Shown piece by piece: positions 31,132 to 40,981 of a stretch of 64,000 nt of DNA; positions within the stretch are counted from its first letter, which is position 1, and every line of letters begins with the position of its first letter. The stretch covers positions 224,001 through 288,000 of the forward strand of contig OY829846.1 in assembly GCA_963691875.1 (NCBI GenBank), read 5' to 3'. Made by a program: the position numbers and the translations under genes. The notes beneath the pieces were generated by a model. That model made no database searches. It saw only the letters and a list, made by a program, of their open reading frames with translations, and was not told where the DNA came from. Origin of the DNA: Aureliella sp. Its GTDB lineage: Bacteria; Planctomycetota; Planctomycetia; Pirellulales; Pirellulaceae.

Positions 31132-31743
31132 ATGAAAAGAGTAGTAAAAACATCGTTGGCTGGTTTCGGGGCAGCTCTTGCTGCAAATTATGCCTCTCCG
31201 GATTTGCAGGCGGGTGTCGTCGGAATCACGTTCAACCCAGGGCAAGCCTCCTGGACTAGTGGAAGCAATCTCAGATCGGTCACAGCCAAAACAACAGGGT
31301 CAGGTGCCGCACCGGTCGGTGGCTTTTCGGCGTGGAATGACAGCGCCGGCAAGTCATTCAGCTTTAATGGCCGCTTTGCCAGCTGGGCTGTCGCAGCTAA
31401 AGACGAAGTACTCAATACATCAAATTTCTCGGGGATAACGTCCGGCATCAAATTCACTACCGATGCAACTGGTACTGTATATTTTGGCTTCCGTGCGACG
31501 TCCGCAAATGGCGGCGGAGTTGGTTGGTTTGCGGCTGACTTAGGAGGAAAGCAGGGTGACATTATATACGGCGGCGCCCTGGTGGGATACGACGGGCAGT
31601 ACGGGAAGGAAGGGGTAAGTGTGACTGTCGGAGCAGAAAACAACAGTGGTGGAGGGGTTATCCCAGAGCCTAGCACGCTGGCTATGGCGACACTTGCCTT
31701 GGGTGCAGCTGGACTCCACAGACGTCGTAAAGCTGCTGCCTAA
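31132..31743 (+). CDS. PEP-CTERM sorting domain surface protein
   Basis: Signal peptide; Gly/Ser/Thr-rich beta-type body with 4 Trp; C-terminal VIPEPSTLAMATLALGAAGLHRRRK. Confidence 0.93.
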   Translation: MKRVVKTSLAGFGAALAANYASPDLQAGVVGITFNPGQASWTSGSNLRSVTAKTTGSGAAPVGGFSAWNDSAGKSFSFNGRFASWAVAAKDEVLNTSNFSGITSGIKFTTDATGTVYFGFRATSANGGGVGWFAADLGGKQGDIIYGGALVGYDGQYGKEGVSVTVGAENNSGGGVIPEPSTLAMATLALGAAGLHRRRKAAA

Positions 31744-31765
31744 TCGGTCGGTGTGAGATCGGAAA

Positions 31766-31829
31766 GACCACTTTGCTAATCATTTGCGGCTAGGCCGCAA
31801 GATGAACGATCGAAGTGGTCCTTTTTTTT
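31766..31829 (+). terminator. Terminator between convergent PEP-CTERM and halogenase genes
   Basis: GACCACTT/AAGTGGTC outer stem enclosing TTGCGGC/GCCGCAA inner stem, followed by T8. Confidence 0.7.
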
Positions 31830-31873
31830 ACCCACTGCTCGCCTCATTATGCGGTTTCATTTCGGCTTGTGGG

Positions 31874-33400
31874 TCACCCGAGGGGAGGAACAGCAACACC
31901 TTCTCTAATGAGCATTAAATAATCCTGCATGCTCAGAGCAGAGTCCGCACTGCCACGCAGTTGTCTTTTGTACCTCAGCCAGCCGTCGTTCTCATTCTTG
32001 GTGCAGCAACGCGACCTATGAGATACTTTCTGTCCAACTAATACAGATAGGTATCCTTCCGGCCCAAAAATGTCTGACGAAAGACGTTTCCGAAGGGGCT
32101 GAAAGTTGGGGCCCGACTCTTTGTAAAAATCAAAGATTTCTTGCGCGTCGCCCAATTCGGCGTCATTTCGGCAAGCGTCCCAGAAAGCAGATCTACTATG
32201 CCGATTGGGTTTGTAATGAAGAGCAAGGAAATCCCTGACCTGCATCCAATTCTCCTGTTGCCCACGGTTGAAGATGGATCGATGGATTTCAGCAACATGA
32301 GAACTTCGCAGTATCGCAACAACTTGATCAATAGCGCTTGTCATAAAGCCGATCGCTGTAGCTTCTAAGGGTTCGACAAACCCCGCTGCATTACCAATTG
32401 CCACGACGTTCTTTACCCAAGTGCGACGATAAACACCGCTTCGGAAATTCACGATGCGCGTGCTATCCACCTTCGGATTCTTCATCCTGAATTCCGACTC
32501 AGCCTCCTCGTCGGTGATAAAGCTGCTTGAGTAGACGTAGCCCCTGTTGACGATTTCGTCGTGCTCGATGCGCCAACTCCATCCAGAATTCATGGCCTCC
32601 GCCAGCGTGAATGCGTGGTACGTATCCGTGTCACGTGCCCATCCTCCCACAACAGCACGATCGCAGAAAAGCGAATTGTCAAACGACAAGAAATCCTCAT
32701 TCAATGCTTTGCCCAGAAGTTCCGACCGAAATCCGGAACAGTCTATGAAAAGTTTGGCCGAAACATGCTCGCCACTATCGAGTCTCAGGGTTTCAACGCC
32801 GTCTTTATTCACCGAGACATGCTGAACGATCGCATCTAGCTTCCTCACACCCAGCTCGTCAGTATATCGCTCAAGAAATTCTACAAACCTCCGGTTTTCC
32901 AAGTGGTAAGCAAAACGTGGACTCAACACCGGAGCTCCCTCAGAATTAAGACACGCCACTTTGCCGTGATACATCAAGGAGCTTGCTTCGTTGGCGTACG
33001 TTGCATCGGAACTACAGAACGCACCAATTGGCTGTGAAAACCTACTTTGCGCTGGATTTCCGGCAGAGAATTGTGGTGCAAAGGAGTAGTGATAGGGAGT
33101 ATCTGAGCCCCATAAGAATTGAATCCCCAGTTTGATACTGGGACGTACTTCCTGATGAAACCGAAGCGGCTCAATTCCTAGGTAGTGATGCAGGAAGCGT
33201 CCGATTGTTGCAATCGTTCCCTCTCCCACACCGATAATCCCGAGCTTCGTTGACCGCACCATGAGCAACTTACGGTCAGGTAAATGCCTTTTTATGGCTA
33301 TTGCTGCGAGCAGGGCTGCCGTACCGCCCCCAAGAATGAGAACATCCGCTTCAGCGTCATCATTGCTGTGTGTTTTGTTGTTACTTGGCTGCAGTATCAT
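31874..33400 (-). CDS. Flavin-dependent halogenase, tryptophan halogenase (PrnA/RebH) family
   Basis: ILGGGTA, IGVGEGT, SIKLGI (catalytic Lys position), AYHLEN, FIDCSGF, GWSWRI (WxWxI), GNAAGFVEPLEAT, DFLALHY. Confidence 0.93.
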   Translation of the reverse strand: MILQPSNNKTHSNDDAEADVLILGGGTAALLAAIAIKRHLPDRKLLMVRSTKLGIIGVGEGTIATIGRFLHHYLGIEPLRFHQEVRPSIKLGIQFLWGSDTPYHYSFAPQFSAGNPAQSRFSQPIGAFCSSDATYANEASSLMYHGKVACLNSEGAPVLSPRFAYHLENRRFVEFLERYTDELGVRKLDAIVQHVSVNKDGVETLRLDSGEHVSAKLFIDCSGFRSELLGKALNEDFLSFDNSLFCDRAVVGGWARDTDTYHAFTLAEAMNSGWSWRIEHDEIVNRGYVYSSSFITDEEAESEFRMKNPKVDSTRIVNFRSGVYRRTWVKNVVAIGNAAGFVEPLEATAIGFMTSAIDQVVAILRSSHVAEIHRSIFNRGQQENWMQVRDFLALHYKPNRHSRSAFWDACRNDAELGDAQEIFDFYKESGPNFQPLRKRLSSDIFGPEGYLSVLVGQKVSHRSRCCTKNENDGWLRYKRQLRGSADSALSMQDYLMLIREGVAVPPLG

Positions 33401-33720
33401 TGTCTTCTTAGGCTGAAGGGAAAAACAGCTTCCAACTGTGTTCCCGATTTTACTTAGACGGATATCACGATAAATAGGCTAGTTTTCTGAAACGTCTCCT
33501 ACGCCTCTATGTTTGGGGACCTGATACGGGAATTCCTTACGGGGTCTCCTTTATGTCGACGCTGAGATAACAGCAAATTGCCGGTTCGGACCATCATCCG
33601 GCTGAGTATGCGAAGGATGTGCCACTCTATCACTTGCAGATGTTGAAGAGTCTTTTGGCTCGAACTTCCCATTTTGTCTTTAAATTGTCGTGTATGACGC
33701 GACTGTGACGACGTGGCCGG

Positions 33721-33990
33721 ATGGCAGCACTTTTGATTCTCGTAAATGCCCAAGCCCCCGGGACAGGAATCGGCCCGCCAAACGAGCTAATTGAAGGTAG
33801 AAAGCAAGATCCTCAGAAGCCGGCATCCGAGGCGACTGACTCTGACACAACGCGAAAAGAATCGGCTGCTCCGGTCTGCCAAGAACCTCGGTCCGATGCT
33901 GCAGGAGCTGGCAACGACCGTTCATAGCGCTACGATTCTATTGTCCGATATCGGATGCAAAGATCGCCTTGGCGGGCTCCTAAAAGGTGC
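33721..33990 (+). mobile_element. Internally deleted integrase-core (rve-type) transposase remnant
   Basis: QESARQTS*LKVESKILRSRHPRRLTLTQREKNRLLR..K.LG..L.EL.T.VH is joined directly to DIGCKDRLGGLLK; these resemble the N- and extreme C-termini of planctomycete rve transposases, with the catalytic core missing. Confidence 0.65.
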
Positions 33991-34232
33991 ATGTGAAAAT
34001 CTGCATCGTCTGCATGTCTCAAACAACGATTCGGTCCACTGTCAAAGGTAGGGGCATACTGTTCAGCGTATGCATACATTGATTCTCCCCGATAATCGTC
34101 TGCCGCAGAAGATCTTCTGCATTGCCTTCAGCAATAGAAGCTAGCTACTCTCGGCTTAAACTACTAAATCTTCCCGACCTATGTCGTCCGAGCTGACTTA
34201 TTGCACGGAGCGGCAAGGAAGATCGCTCTCAA

Positions 34233-35327
34233 TCACACTTTCCGGAGCTTCGTGACGCGGCCGGTTTTGACCCATTCGGTGACGAATATGTTTCCGTCTT
34301 GATCGAAGCACGCGTCGTGTGGGTGAACAAACTTGCCGGCTTCCCATTTCGGACGTTGGCCTCGCATCCTTAAGCCTTTGAGAGCCACTTCGCGCCAAGC
34401 AGCGTTATCGCCAAGATGAACGATGACGTTATTTTCTTTGTCGAGAATTGTGATGCGGCAGTGCAGATCCGGCACCAGCATCAAATCGTCTTGAACGTCG
34501 ATGTCAGCGGGGAAAAGGAACCCACCCAACGTCTTGAGATGCTTGCCATCCATATCAAACCATTGCAACCGTTTGTTCGCACGGTCTGCGACGACTAGCT
34601 TAGGTGTGCCATCACGGTTATCCAGCCATTGCCCGTGCGGAGTTTGGAATTGCCCGTCGGCTTTTCCACTTCCGCCGATCGAGCGCACATAGTTGTCCAC
34701 TTCGTCATATTGGTGAATCCAGTTGCTTCCGTAACCGTCACCCAGGAAGTAACCTCCGTCAGGTGCGAAGCTCGTGTTGGTTGGCCTGTAGCGTGCGCCC
34801 TTCGGGTACTTGCCGGTTTCTTCCGCTAGCTGCTCTAGCTCTTTCCGCCAAACCACTTCACCATTGCGGCTGAGTTTGGCGAAGCCGAGTTTGGAGTCGC
34901 TCGCGGCGAGGTATATGAACTCTTCGTTGCCTTCTTTACGCAAGTCGATCCCGTGTCCGCGGCTTGTTTTGTCAGCGACGTGGAAGGCGCCCATGTTCTT
35001 AACGAAAGTGCCGTCTGGCTCGAATACGAAAATAGATCCCGGGTTGCCTTGATTGTGCGTGATGTAGATCAAGCCTTCGGAATCGATCGTTACACCGTGA
35101 GAGGCGTTGCCGTAGGATGCGCCTTTGGGCAAGTTCGCCATGCCCCAATCGTGAATGCACTCGTAAGTATGCTCGCCTTCACCGATAATCGCATTCTTGG
35201 TTCCTGATTTATTCGACGCATGGATAGCCGGAAGTGGCAGTGCTGCCGCAGAGGTTAGGCCGGCAACGCGCAAAAATGTTCGACGGTTCGCGTGCCGCCT
35301 TAAAACGGAACTTTTGTTCGAAAGCAT
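34233..35327 (-). CDS. Tat-exported NHL-repeat beta-propeller (PAL-like)
   Basis: RRTFL Tat motif, HGVTID, GDGYG, F.TPHG, VADRAN.R, HPHDACFD..GNIFV.EW. Confidence 0.85.
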   Translation of the reverse strand: MLSNKSSVLRRHANRRTFLRVAGLTSAAALPLPAIHASNKSGTKNAIIGEGEHTYECIHDWGMANLPKGASYGNASHGVTIDSEGLIYITHNQGNPGSIFVFEPDGTFVKNMGAFHVADKTSRGHGIDLRKEGNEEFIYLAASDSKLGFAKLSRNGEVVWRKELEQLAEETGKYPKGARYRPTNTSFAPDGGYFLGDGYGSNWIHQYDEVDNYVRSIGGSGKADGQFQTPHGQWLDNRDGTPKLVVADRANKRLQWFDMDGKHLKTLGGFLFPADIDVQDDLMLVPDLHCRITILDKENNVIVHLGDNAAWREVALKGLRMRGQRPKWEAGKFVHPHDACFDQDGNIFVTEWVKTGRVTKLRKV

Positions 35328-35370
35328 AGTGCGTCTCCAGGTGAATTTGTGAAGTGGGGAAGCTTCATTG

Positions 35371-36948
35371 TTACGCGGTGTGGATTGAGGGATCGCCGGC
35401 CTCTACCACGAAGGATGCTCGAGCTGATGTGGTGCCGCCTGGTTTGAGCACTTGATCGACGACCATGTAATCGCTGGTCCAAGTCTCGGGTGTCACAGTG
35501 CAGCGGATATAGCCGCGCTGGCGGTTGTGGAACTTGACGAAGGGGTTTTTCGAGATCAGCGCGTCGAGGCTGGACGGCTTGTCTTCTCCATTACCGCCAC
35601 TGGAGATTGATGTCCCGACAAATTCAGTTGCAACCTTTTGCGAATCTTGGTCGCGGTCGTCGATTCGTAGCTCGTTGGCCCAATTGGAGTGAATGTCGCC
35701 CGTCAAGACAACTGGGTTCGGCACGCGTCGCTCCGCCATGAATTTCATCAGTTGGATTCGCTCTGAAGCGTAGCCGGGCCATTGATCCATCGAGTAGTCA
35801 ACTGTGTCGTCACCTTTGGGGCGTCCAACCAGCCCCATCATGACTTGTTGAGCCAGCACATTCCAAGTTGCACGCGAGTTGATCAGAGACTTGTAGAGCC
35901 AGTTTCTTTGCTCGCTACCGAGCAAGGAATTTTCTGCGTTGAGAGCTTGTTCATTCAATGGTGAGCGCCGGTCGCCATTGGGTTGGTCGGTGCGGTGTTG
36001 GCGAGTGTCAAGGATCATCAAGTCCGCCAAGCGACCAAACGGAGCTCGGCGATAGAGTTGCATATGAGGGCCTTGAGGCATTGAGCGACGACGCAGTGGC
36101 ATCATTTCGTAGTAGGCCTGATAGGCAGCCGTCCGCCGCGTCATAAATGCCAGTGGGTCGATCCCCTTCTCTTCAGAGACAAGGTCCGCGTAGTTGTTGT
36201 CAAACTCGTGGTCATCCCAAGTGACAAACCAAGGACACTTTGCATGCATGTTGTGCAGGAGTGGATCGGACCTGTACTGCGAAAGCCGGACTCGGTAGTC
36301 GCCGAGTGATTCGATTTCCGGGCCTAGATGTGACCGAACTTTACCGTTTCGCCCCGAGGCGTACTCGTAAATGTAGTCGCCCAAGTGGAAGACCAAGTCG
36401 AGCTCGTCGTTGGCCATCTGTTCGTACGCAGTGAAAAGTCCTTGCTCATAGTTTTGGCAAGAGGCGACAGCGAATTTGAGTTGCTTGGCTTGCACCCAAG
36501 GTGCAGGCATCGTTCGAGTACGTCCAACTGGACTGATCGCATCGCCTGCCGTAAAGCGATACCAGTACCAGCGATCTGGCTCGAGCTGATCCAGCTCGAC
36601 ATGGACCGAGTGTCCGAGCTGTGGAGTCGCCAACTGATTCCCCTTGGCGATGATCTTCTTCATACCTTCGTCTTCGGCGACTTCCCAGCCGACTCGTACG
36701 GCTACAGCCGGCATTCCACCATTCGGAGTCAGCGGCTCGGGGGCCAATCGGGTCCAGATCACGACGCCGCGATGGTCAGGGTCACCAGAAGCGACGCCCA
36801 AGGAAAAAGGATTGTCGCTGAAGCTCGGGGCTTCGATTGCTTGTGAGGTGTTGCCTAGTAGTGGAATCGAAGATATCGCTGCGCTGTAAGCTAAAAATTG
36901 ACGACGGGGAGTCAAGTCGTAGCTGAAGAGTTTGTGTGACTGTGGCAT
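35371..36948 (-). CDS. phoD: Alkaline phosphatase D
   Basis: RRQFL Tat motif, PFSLGVASGDP, ASCQ, HLGDYIYE, WDDHE..NN, LDTRQHR, DQWPGY, LTGDIH. Confidence 0.96.
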   Translation of the reverse strand: MPQSHKLFSYDLTPRRQFLAYSAAISSIPLLGNTSQAIEAPSFSDNPFSLGVASGDPDHRGVVIWTRLAPEPLTPNGGMPAVAVRVGWEVAEDEGMKKIIAKGNQLATPQLGHSVHVELDQLEPDRWYWYRFTAGDAISPVGRTRTMPAPWVQAKQLKFAVASCQNYEQGLFTAYEQMANDELDLVFHLGDYIYEYASGRNGKVRSHLGPEIESLGDYRVRLSQYRSDPLLHNMHAKCPWFVTWDDHEFDNNYADLVSEEKGIDPLAFMTRRTAAYQAYYEMMPLRRRSMPQGPHMQLYRRAPFGRLADLMILDTRQHRTDQPNGDRRSPLNEQALNAENSLLGSEQRNWLYKSLINSRATWNVLAQQVMMGLVGRPKGDDTVDYSMDQWPGYASERIQLMKFMAERRVPNPVVLTGDIHSNWANELRIDDRDQDSQKVATEFVGTSISSGGNGEDKPSSLDALISKNPFVKFHNRQRGYIRCTVTPETWTSDYMVVDQVLKPGGTTSARASFVVEAGDPSIHTA

Positions 36949-37150
36949 TGCTTCCGAACCCTTAGAGTGAAGTTTTCTGGGGGGGAGCCATTGTAACTGG
37001 TACTAAGGTCTCTGGTGGCAGCCTCGAAAAATAAACACCATAAGCCACGCGAATCGGCGAAGCATTTCCCGGTCCTCATTCTTCCGACTGCATTCAACGC
37101 ACGCTAGAATTCGGGCATTCAGAGCCATTGTGTCACCTAGGAATATTCTA

Positions 37151-39268
37151 ATGAAATCGTCGCTTTCTGCAGTACTTCTCTTGATTGTCGTACTTGGTTC
37201 TGCCACGGCAGATGAAGGCATGTTTCCGATCAGTGAAATTGGCCGACTGGGGCTAGCCGAGCAGGGTCTAAAGTTGACTTCCGAAGAGGTATTCAACACA
37301 AAGCAAACGTGCCTTGTCGATGGGATTTGTAAGGTAAATGGTTGCACCGGTTCATTCGTTTCGCCCAACGGACTGATTATTACCAATCACCATTGTGCGT
37401 ACCGCGCGATCCAAAGCTCCAGCTCAATAACGAATGACTATCTAACTGATGGCTTCCAAGCAAAGACTCTCGGAGATGAGCTGCCAGCTAACGGATACAC
37501 GGTGCGGATTACCGAGTCCTTCGAGGATATTTCGGCTCAAGTTTTATCGGCAATCAAACCGGAGATGAGCTTTACCGAAAGGACCAAAGCAATCGAGCAG
37601 CGGCAGAAGGAACTGGAAAAAGCGGCGGAGGAGAAGGATCCTGGCCAACGTGCTGAAGTTGCGGAGATGTTCGCGGGTAAGACGTATGTACTTTTCTTGT
37701 ATACCTACATTAAGGATGTGCGTTTGGTTTTTGCACCTCCTGCTTCAGTCGGCAACTACGGTGGCGAAGTTGATAATTGGGAATGGCCACGTCACACAGG
37801 CGATTTCTCGTTTATGCGAGCCTACGTTGCACCGGACGGTACGACGGCCGAGTACTCAAAGGAAAATATTCCTTATCAACCGAAGCGATTCATTCAAGTT
37901 GAGGCCAAAGGCGTCGACGAAGGCGACTACGTGATGCTGATCGGCTATCCCGGCCGAACAGCAAGGCACAAGACGGCTAGCTTCTTAGATTATGAGCAGA
38001 AAGTGCGTTTGCCGTATGTGGTGGATCTTTACCAGTGGCAAATAGAACAGATGCAAAGAGCGGGCAGTCAAGACCGCGGCATCGCTCTGAAGCATTCTTC
38101 GCGGATGAAGAGCTTGGCTAACGTGGAAAAGCGTTCACGAGGACAGTTGAAGGGGTTGGTGCGAAAGAATATCGTCGCAACCAGGGCCGCGGCAGAAGCA
38201 GAGCTGCAAGCATTCATCGATGCGGATGCACAACGCAAATCCAAGTATGGCTCACTTCTGAAAGATATTGCTTCGGTTTATGCAGAGATGGAAGCGAACA
38301 AGCATGAATTGGATATCGAGAATCTCAGATCGGCCAGCCGTTTGATGTACTTTGCTTTTACGCTTTACGACAGCGCTGTCGAGCGGCAGAAGGCCGACCT
38401 GGAACGTGAGTCGGCTTACATGGATCGCAATATCGATCTGACTCGCCGACGATTGATGTTGGCTGTCAAAGATTATCATGCTCCCACGGATCAAGTCATT
38501 CTCAGGGAGATGCTAGCGCGAGTTCGCGCCGCCGCAGACAAGACGCAAGTTTTCAGCAAGTTTCTGCCTTTGGCTGATTCACTCTCTAATCTCTACGCTG
38601 GCACGAAGTTAGGGGCCCCCGAATTTATTCAATCCTGTTTTGACAAGACACCCGAACAGCTCGCCGATCTCAATGATCCCGCTATTGCGACTATCATTGA
38701 GCTCTACCCCAAATACATGGAGCTTCGCGAGCAGGCGAAGTCGCGTTCTGGAAAACTCGATCAGCTTTACGGAGATCTCGTCACAGTCAAGCAAGAGTTT
38801 CTGAAGCAGAGCTTTGTCCCTGATGCAAATTCAACTTTGCGGCTGACCTACGGACATGTGAAAGGTTATTCGCCAGAGGATGCAGTTTACAAGTCACCGA
38901 TTACTACGCTGGGTGGCGCAGTAGCCAAAGCAACCGGTGTGACGCCGTTTGATTTGCCTCAGGCAATCATCGAAAGACATGCGGCAGGTGACTTCGGGCA
39001 ATTCATGCATCCGAAACTGAAGGACGTTCCGACAGGGATTCTGTACGACACTGATACGACTGGCGGAAACTCCGGCAGTCCCATTCTGAATGGCGAAGGA
39101 CGTTTGGTCGGCGTTAACTTTGACAGGGCTTTTGAGGCCACGATCAACGACTTTGCCTGGAATGAGTCATACAGCCGTTCGATTGGGGTAGACATCCGAT
39201 ATGCGCTTTGGATCACAGGCAATGTATTTGGTGCCAGTCATCTGCTTGAAGAAATGGGCGTCGAGTAA
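37151..39268 (+). CDS. S46 family dipeptidyl peptidase (DPP7/DPP11-like)
   Basis: ADEGMF, GCTGSFVS..GLIITNHHC, DNWEWPRHTGDF, PDANSTLR, TTGGNSGSP, NFDR. Confidence 0.96.
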   Translation: MKSSLSAVLLLIVVLGSATADEGMFPISEIGRLGLAEQGLKLTSEEVFNTKQTCLVDGICKVNGCTGSFVSPNGLIITNHHCAYRAIQSSSSITNDYLTDGFQAKTLGDELPANGYTVRITESFEDISAQVLSAIKPEMSFTERTKAIEQRQKELEKAAEEKDPGQRAEVAEMFAGKTYVLFLYTYIKDVRLVFAPPASVGNYGGEVDNWEWPRHTGDFSFMRAYVAPDGTTAEYSKENIPYQPKRFIQVEAKGVDEGDYVMLIGYPGRTARHKTASFLDYEQKVRLPYVVDLYQWQIEQMQRAGSQDRGIALKHSSRMKSLANVEKRSRGQLKGLVRKNIVATRAAAEAELQAFIDADAQRKSKYGSLLKDIASVYAEMEANKHELDIENLRSASRLMYFAFTLYDSAVERQKADLERESAYMDRNIDLTRRRLMLAVKDYHAPTDQVILREMLARVRAAADKTQVFSKFLPLADSLSNLYAGTKLGAPEFIQSCFDKTPEQLADLNDPAIATIIELYPKYMELREQAKSRSGKLDQLYGDLVTVKQEFLKQSFVPDANSTLRLTYGHVKGYSPEDAVYKSPITTLGGAVAKATGVTPFDLPQAIIERHAAGDFGQFMHPKLKDVPTGILYDTDTTGGNSGSPILNGEGRLVGVNFDRAFEATINDFAWNESYSRSIGVDIRYALWITGNVFGASHLLEEMGVE

Positions 39269-39302
39269 GCCTGTGCGGCGGTTCCGTGGTTGACTGAGTC
39301 GG

Positions 39303-39806
39303 TCAGTCGTGGCGATATTTGTGCCCGTGATCGTTTTTGTGAAATAGAGAGACTTCGAGAGTCTCGCCATTCATCGGGCACCATAGAGTCAGGTGGAATT
39401 CGTCGGCGCTGAGTAGTTGCTGAGGGAGTTTGTTGAAGCCTATCGCGAATCGTGAGGAATGCCCATCTGGATCGCTTGGCCTGGGATGAGCAGCAAGGGT
39501 GGTATCGAAGTCGACAGAGCCAGCTTGGAAGTTTGCCTTGAGTGATTCCCCCTGCAGGGCGAATGGCTGCTGATCCGTCGTCGATTGGCTGTAAACAATC
39601 ATTCGCTTGCCGCGATCATCCAGCGTAAGCTCAAGTTCAAGATTTGCACCATCAGGCATCAAAAATACATGCCCGCCATGTGGACCATGTGCAGAGCTGA
39701 CGTGAGTCGCTTTCTTGCAGCCAATCGACGCGACGAAAAGGATACAGAGCAGTGGCAGGTTGAGTCGTGGAAGTGACTTAGAAATCTCCAACAGGTTCAC
39801 CATCAT
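39303..39806 (-). CDS. His-rich putative lipoprotein
   Basis: Lipobox-like ASIGC, AHGPHGGH motif, C-terminal HKNDHGHKYRHD. Start uncertain; overlaps the DUF1559 3' end. Confidence 0.7.
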   Translation of the reverse strand: MMVNLLEISKSLPRLNLPLLCILFVASIGCKKATHVSSAHGPHGGHVFLMPDGANLELELTLDDRGKRMIVYSQSTTDQQPFALQGESLKANFQAGSVDFDTTLAAHPRPSDPDGHSSRFAIGFNKLPQQLLSADEFHLTLWCPMNGETLEVSLFHKNDHGHKYRHD

Positions 39807-40860
39807 TCCGCTGGGCAAGGCGATGAAATACGCCATTTCGCTGTGATTCGATAGATTGAGATAGGAAGTGAACGGAGCCATCTGCGAAAACAAAATTGGA
39901 ACCACCATTATGATAACTACTGTAGTTCGCAGAGCCACGACCATCGCAGTCGATATTCAACGGAAACGGTGCGTCATTAATCGGATAGAAAGACGTTCCC
40001 AGAACCATTTGGTTGTCTGTAAAGCCGCAGTCTCTCCAAGAATTCATTCCGGCCCAAACCGCCGCGTAGTTTCGCGTCGACCTTTCTCCAAGTGCGATCG
40101 TGTTGCTACTTCCGTCGATTATTGCGGCCATATTAACAGTTGAGTTTCGCCCGAAGAGGCCGTTTCCGTGAAAGTCACGATCCTTCCATGCTGCGAGAAG
40201 ATTCTTCCATTCGCTTCCGTGAGAGCCAACGTAGTTTGACTTGGCAATCCTCATTCCAACGACAGGCCCGGTCACACCTGGTGGTCTCGTGAGATGAGCT
40301 CGGATCAGATCAGAGGGGTTGTAAAAGTCCTCATTTCGAATCGTCTCGTTTCTTGACTCGCCAGAAACAAAGAGGGATCGATAGGGATGAGCAAATTCAT
40401 CTCCGGTGTCGGATGGACAGACGAATAAGCTCAAGCTCGACAATAAGAATTTGGCTGACTGTGGATCCGTAGCAACGTCATCCAAAGATCGCCAATCTGG
40501 GGCAAGGCGATCATGAAGTGAAGTCTGTTCGACAAAGGGGAGCAGGAACACGCCCCATCCCCAGCTCTTGCCATCTATACCGCCCTCTACGTCCGCGATG
40601 TACCCTGACGGAAATTGCGAAAAGGCCGCGTGGTAGGCCTGCAGAGCAAGACCAAGCTGCTTCAGATTATTGGAGCACTGCGCCCTTCTTGCGGCTTCTC
40701 GTGCTGCTGAAACAGCCGGGAGCAATAGCGACACTAGGATGCCAATGATGGAAATCACTACAAGCATTTCGACAAGAGTAAAGCCCGCTCGCAAAACAGC
40801 TTGCGTCGGGCTTTTAAGCCGACTCTGCGTCTCTCGTTCTATTTGTTGCCCGATCAGCAT
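39778..40860 (-). CDS. DUF1559 protein with prepilin-type N-terminal cleavage/methylation motif
   Basis: GFTLVEMLVVISIIGILVSLLLPAV..AREAARR.QC.NNLKQ, CPSD, DGSSNT...GE, H.GG.NF.FADGSV. Confidence 0.95.
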   Translation of the reverse strand: MLIGQQIERETQSRLKSPTQAVLRAGFTLVEMLVVISIIGILVSLLLPAVSAAREAARRAQCSNNLKQLGLALQAYHAAFSQFPSGYIADVEGGIDGKSWGWGVFLLPFVEQTSLHDRLAPDWRSLDDVATDPQSAKFLLSSLSLFVCPSDTGDEFAHPYRSLFVSGESRNETIRNEDFYNPSDLIRAHLTRPPGVTGPVVGMRIAKSNYVGSHGSEWKNLLAAWKDRDFHGNGLFGRNSTVNMAAIIDGSSNTIALGERSTRNYAAVWAGMNSWRDCGFTDNQMVLGTSFYPINDAPFPLNIDCDGRGSANYSSYHNGGSNFVFADGSVHFLSQSIESQRNGVFHRLAQRNDGEPVGDF

Positions 40861-40895
40861 GGTCTCGACTCAACTTTTGCTACTGCACTGCGCAA

Positions 40896-40940
40896 ATGCA
40901 AAGGAATTGCATGTGTATGTTAGTTGCAAATTCTGCAATT
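40896..40940. promoter_or_regulatory. Putative Fur/Zur-family operator(s)
   Basis: ATGCA-AAGGAAT-TGCAT (40896-912) and AGTTGCA-AATTC-TGCAATT (40922-940) upstream of the DUF1559 gene. Confidence 0.5.
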
Positions 40941-40981
40941 GTCGAGATTAATGATGCTTATTCAGGCAAAGGATTAATGGC

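Noticed and set aside
34068..34077. GTATGCATAC shared with 46135-44 as a common regulator site
   Set aside because: This copy is not in an evident promoter of an intact gene; a 10-bp palindrome match may be chance.
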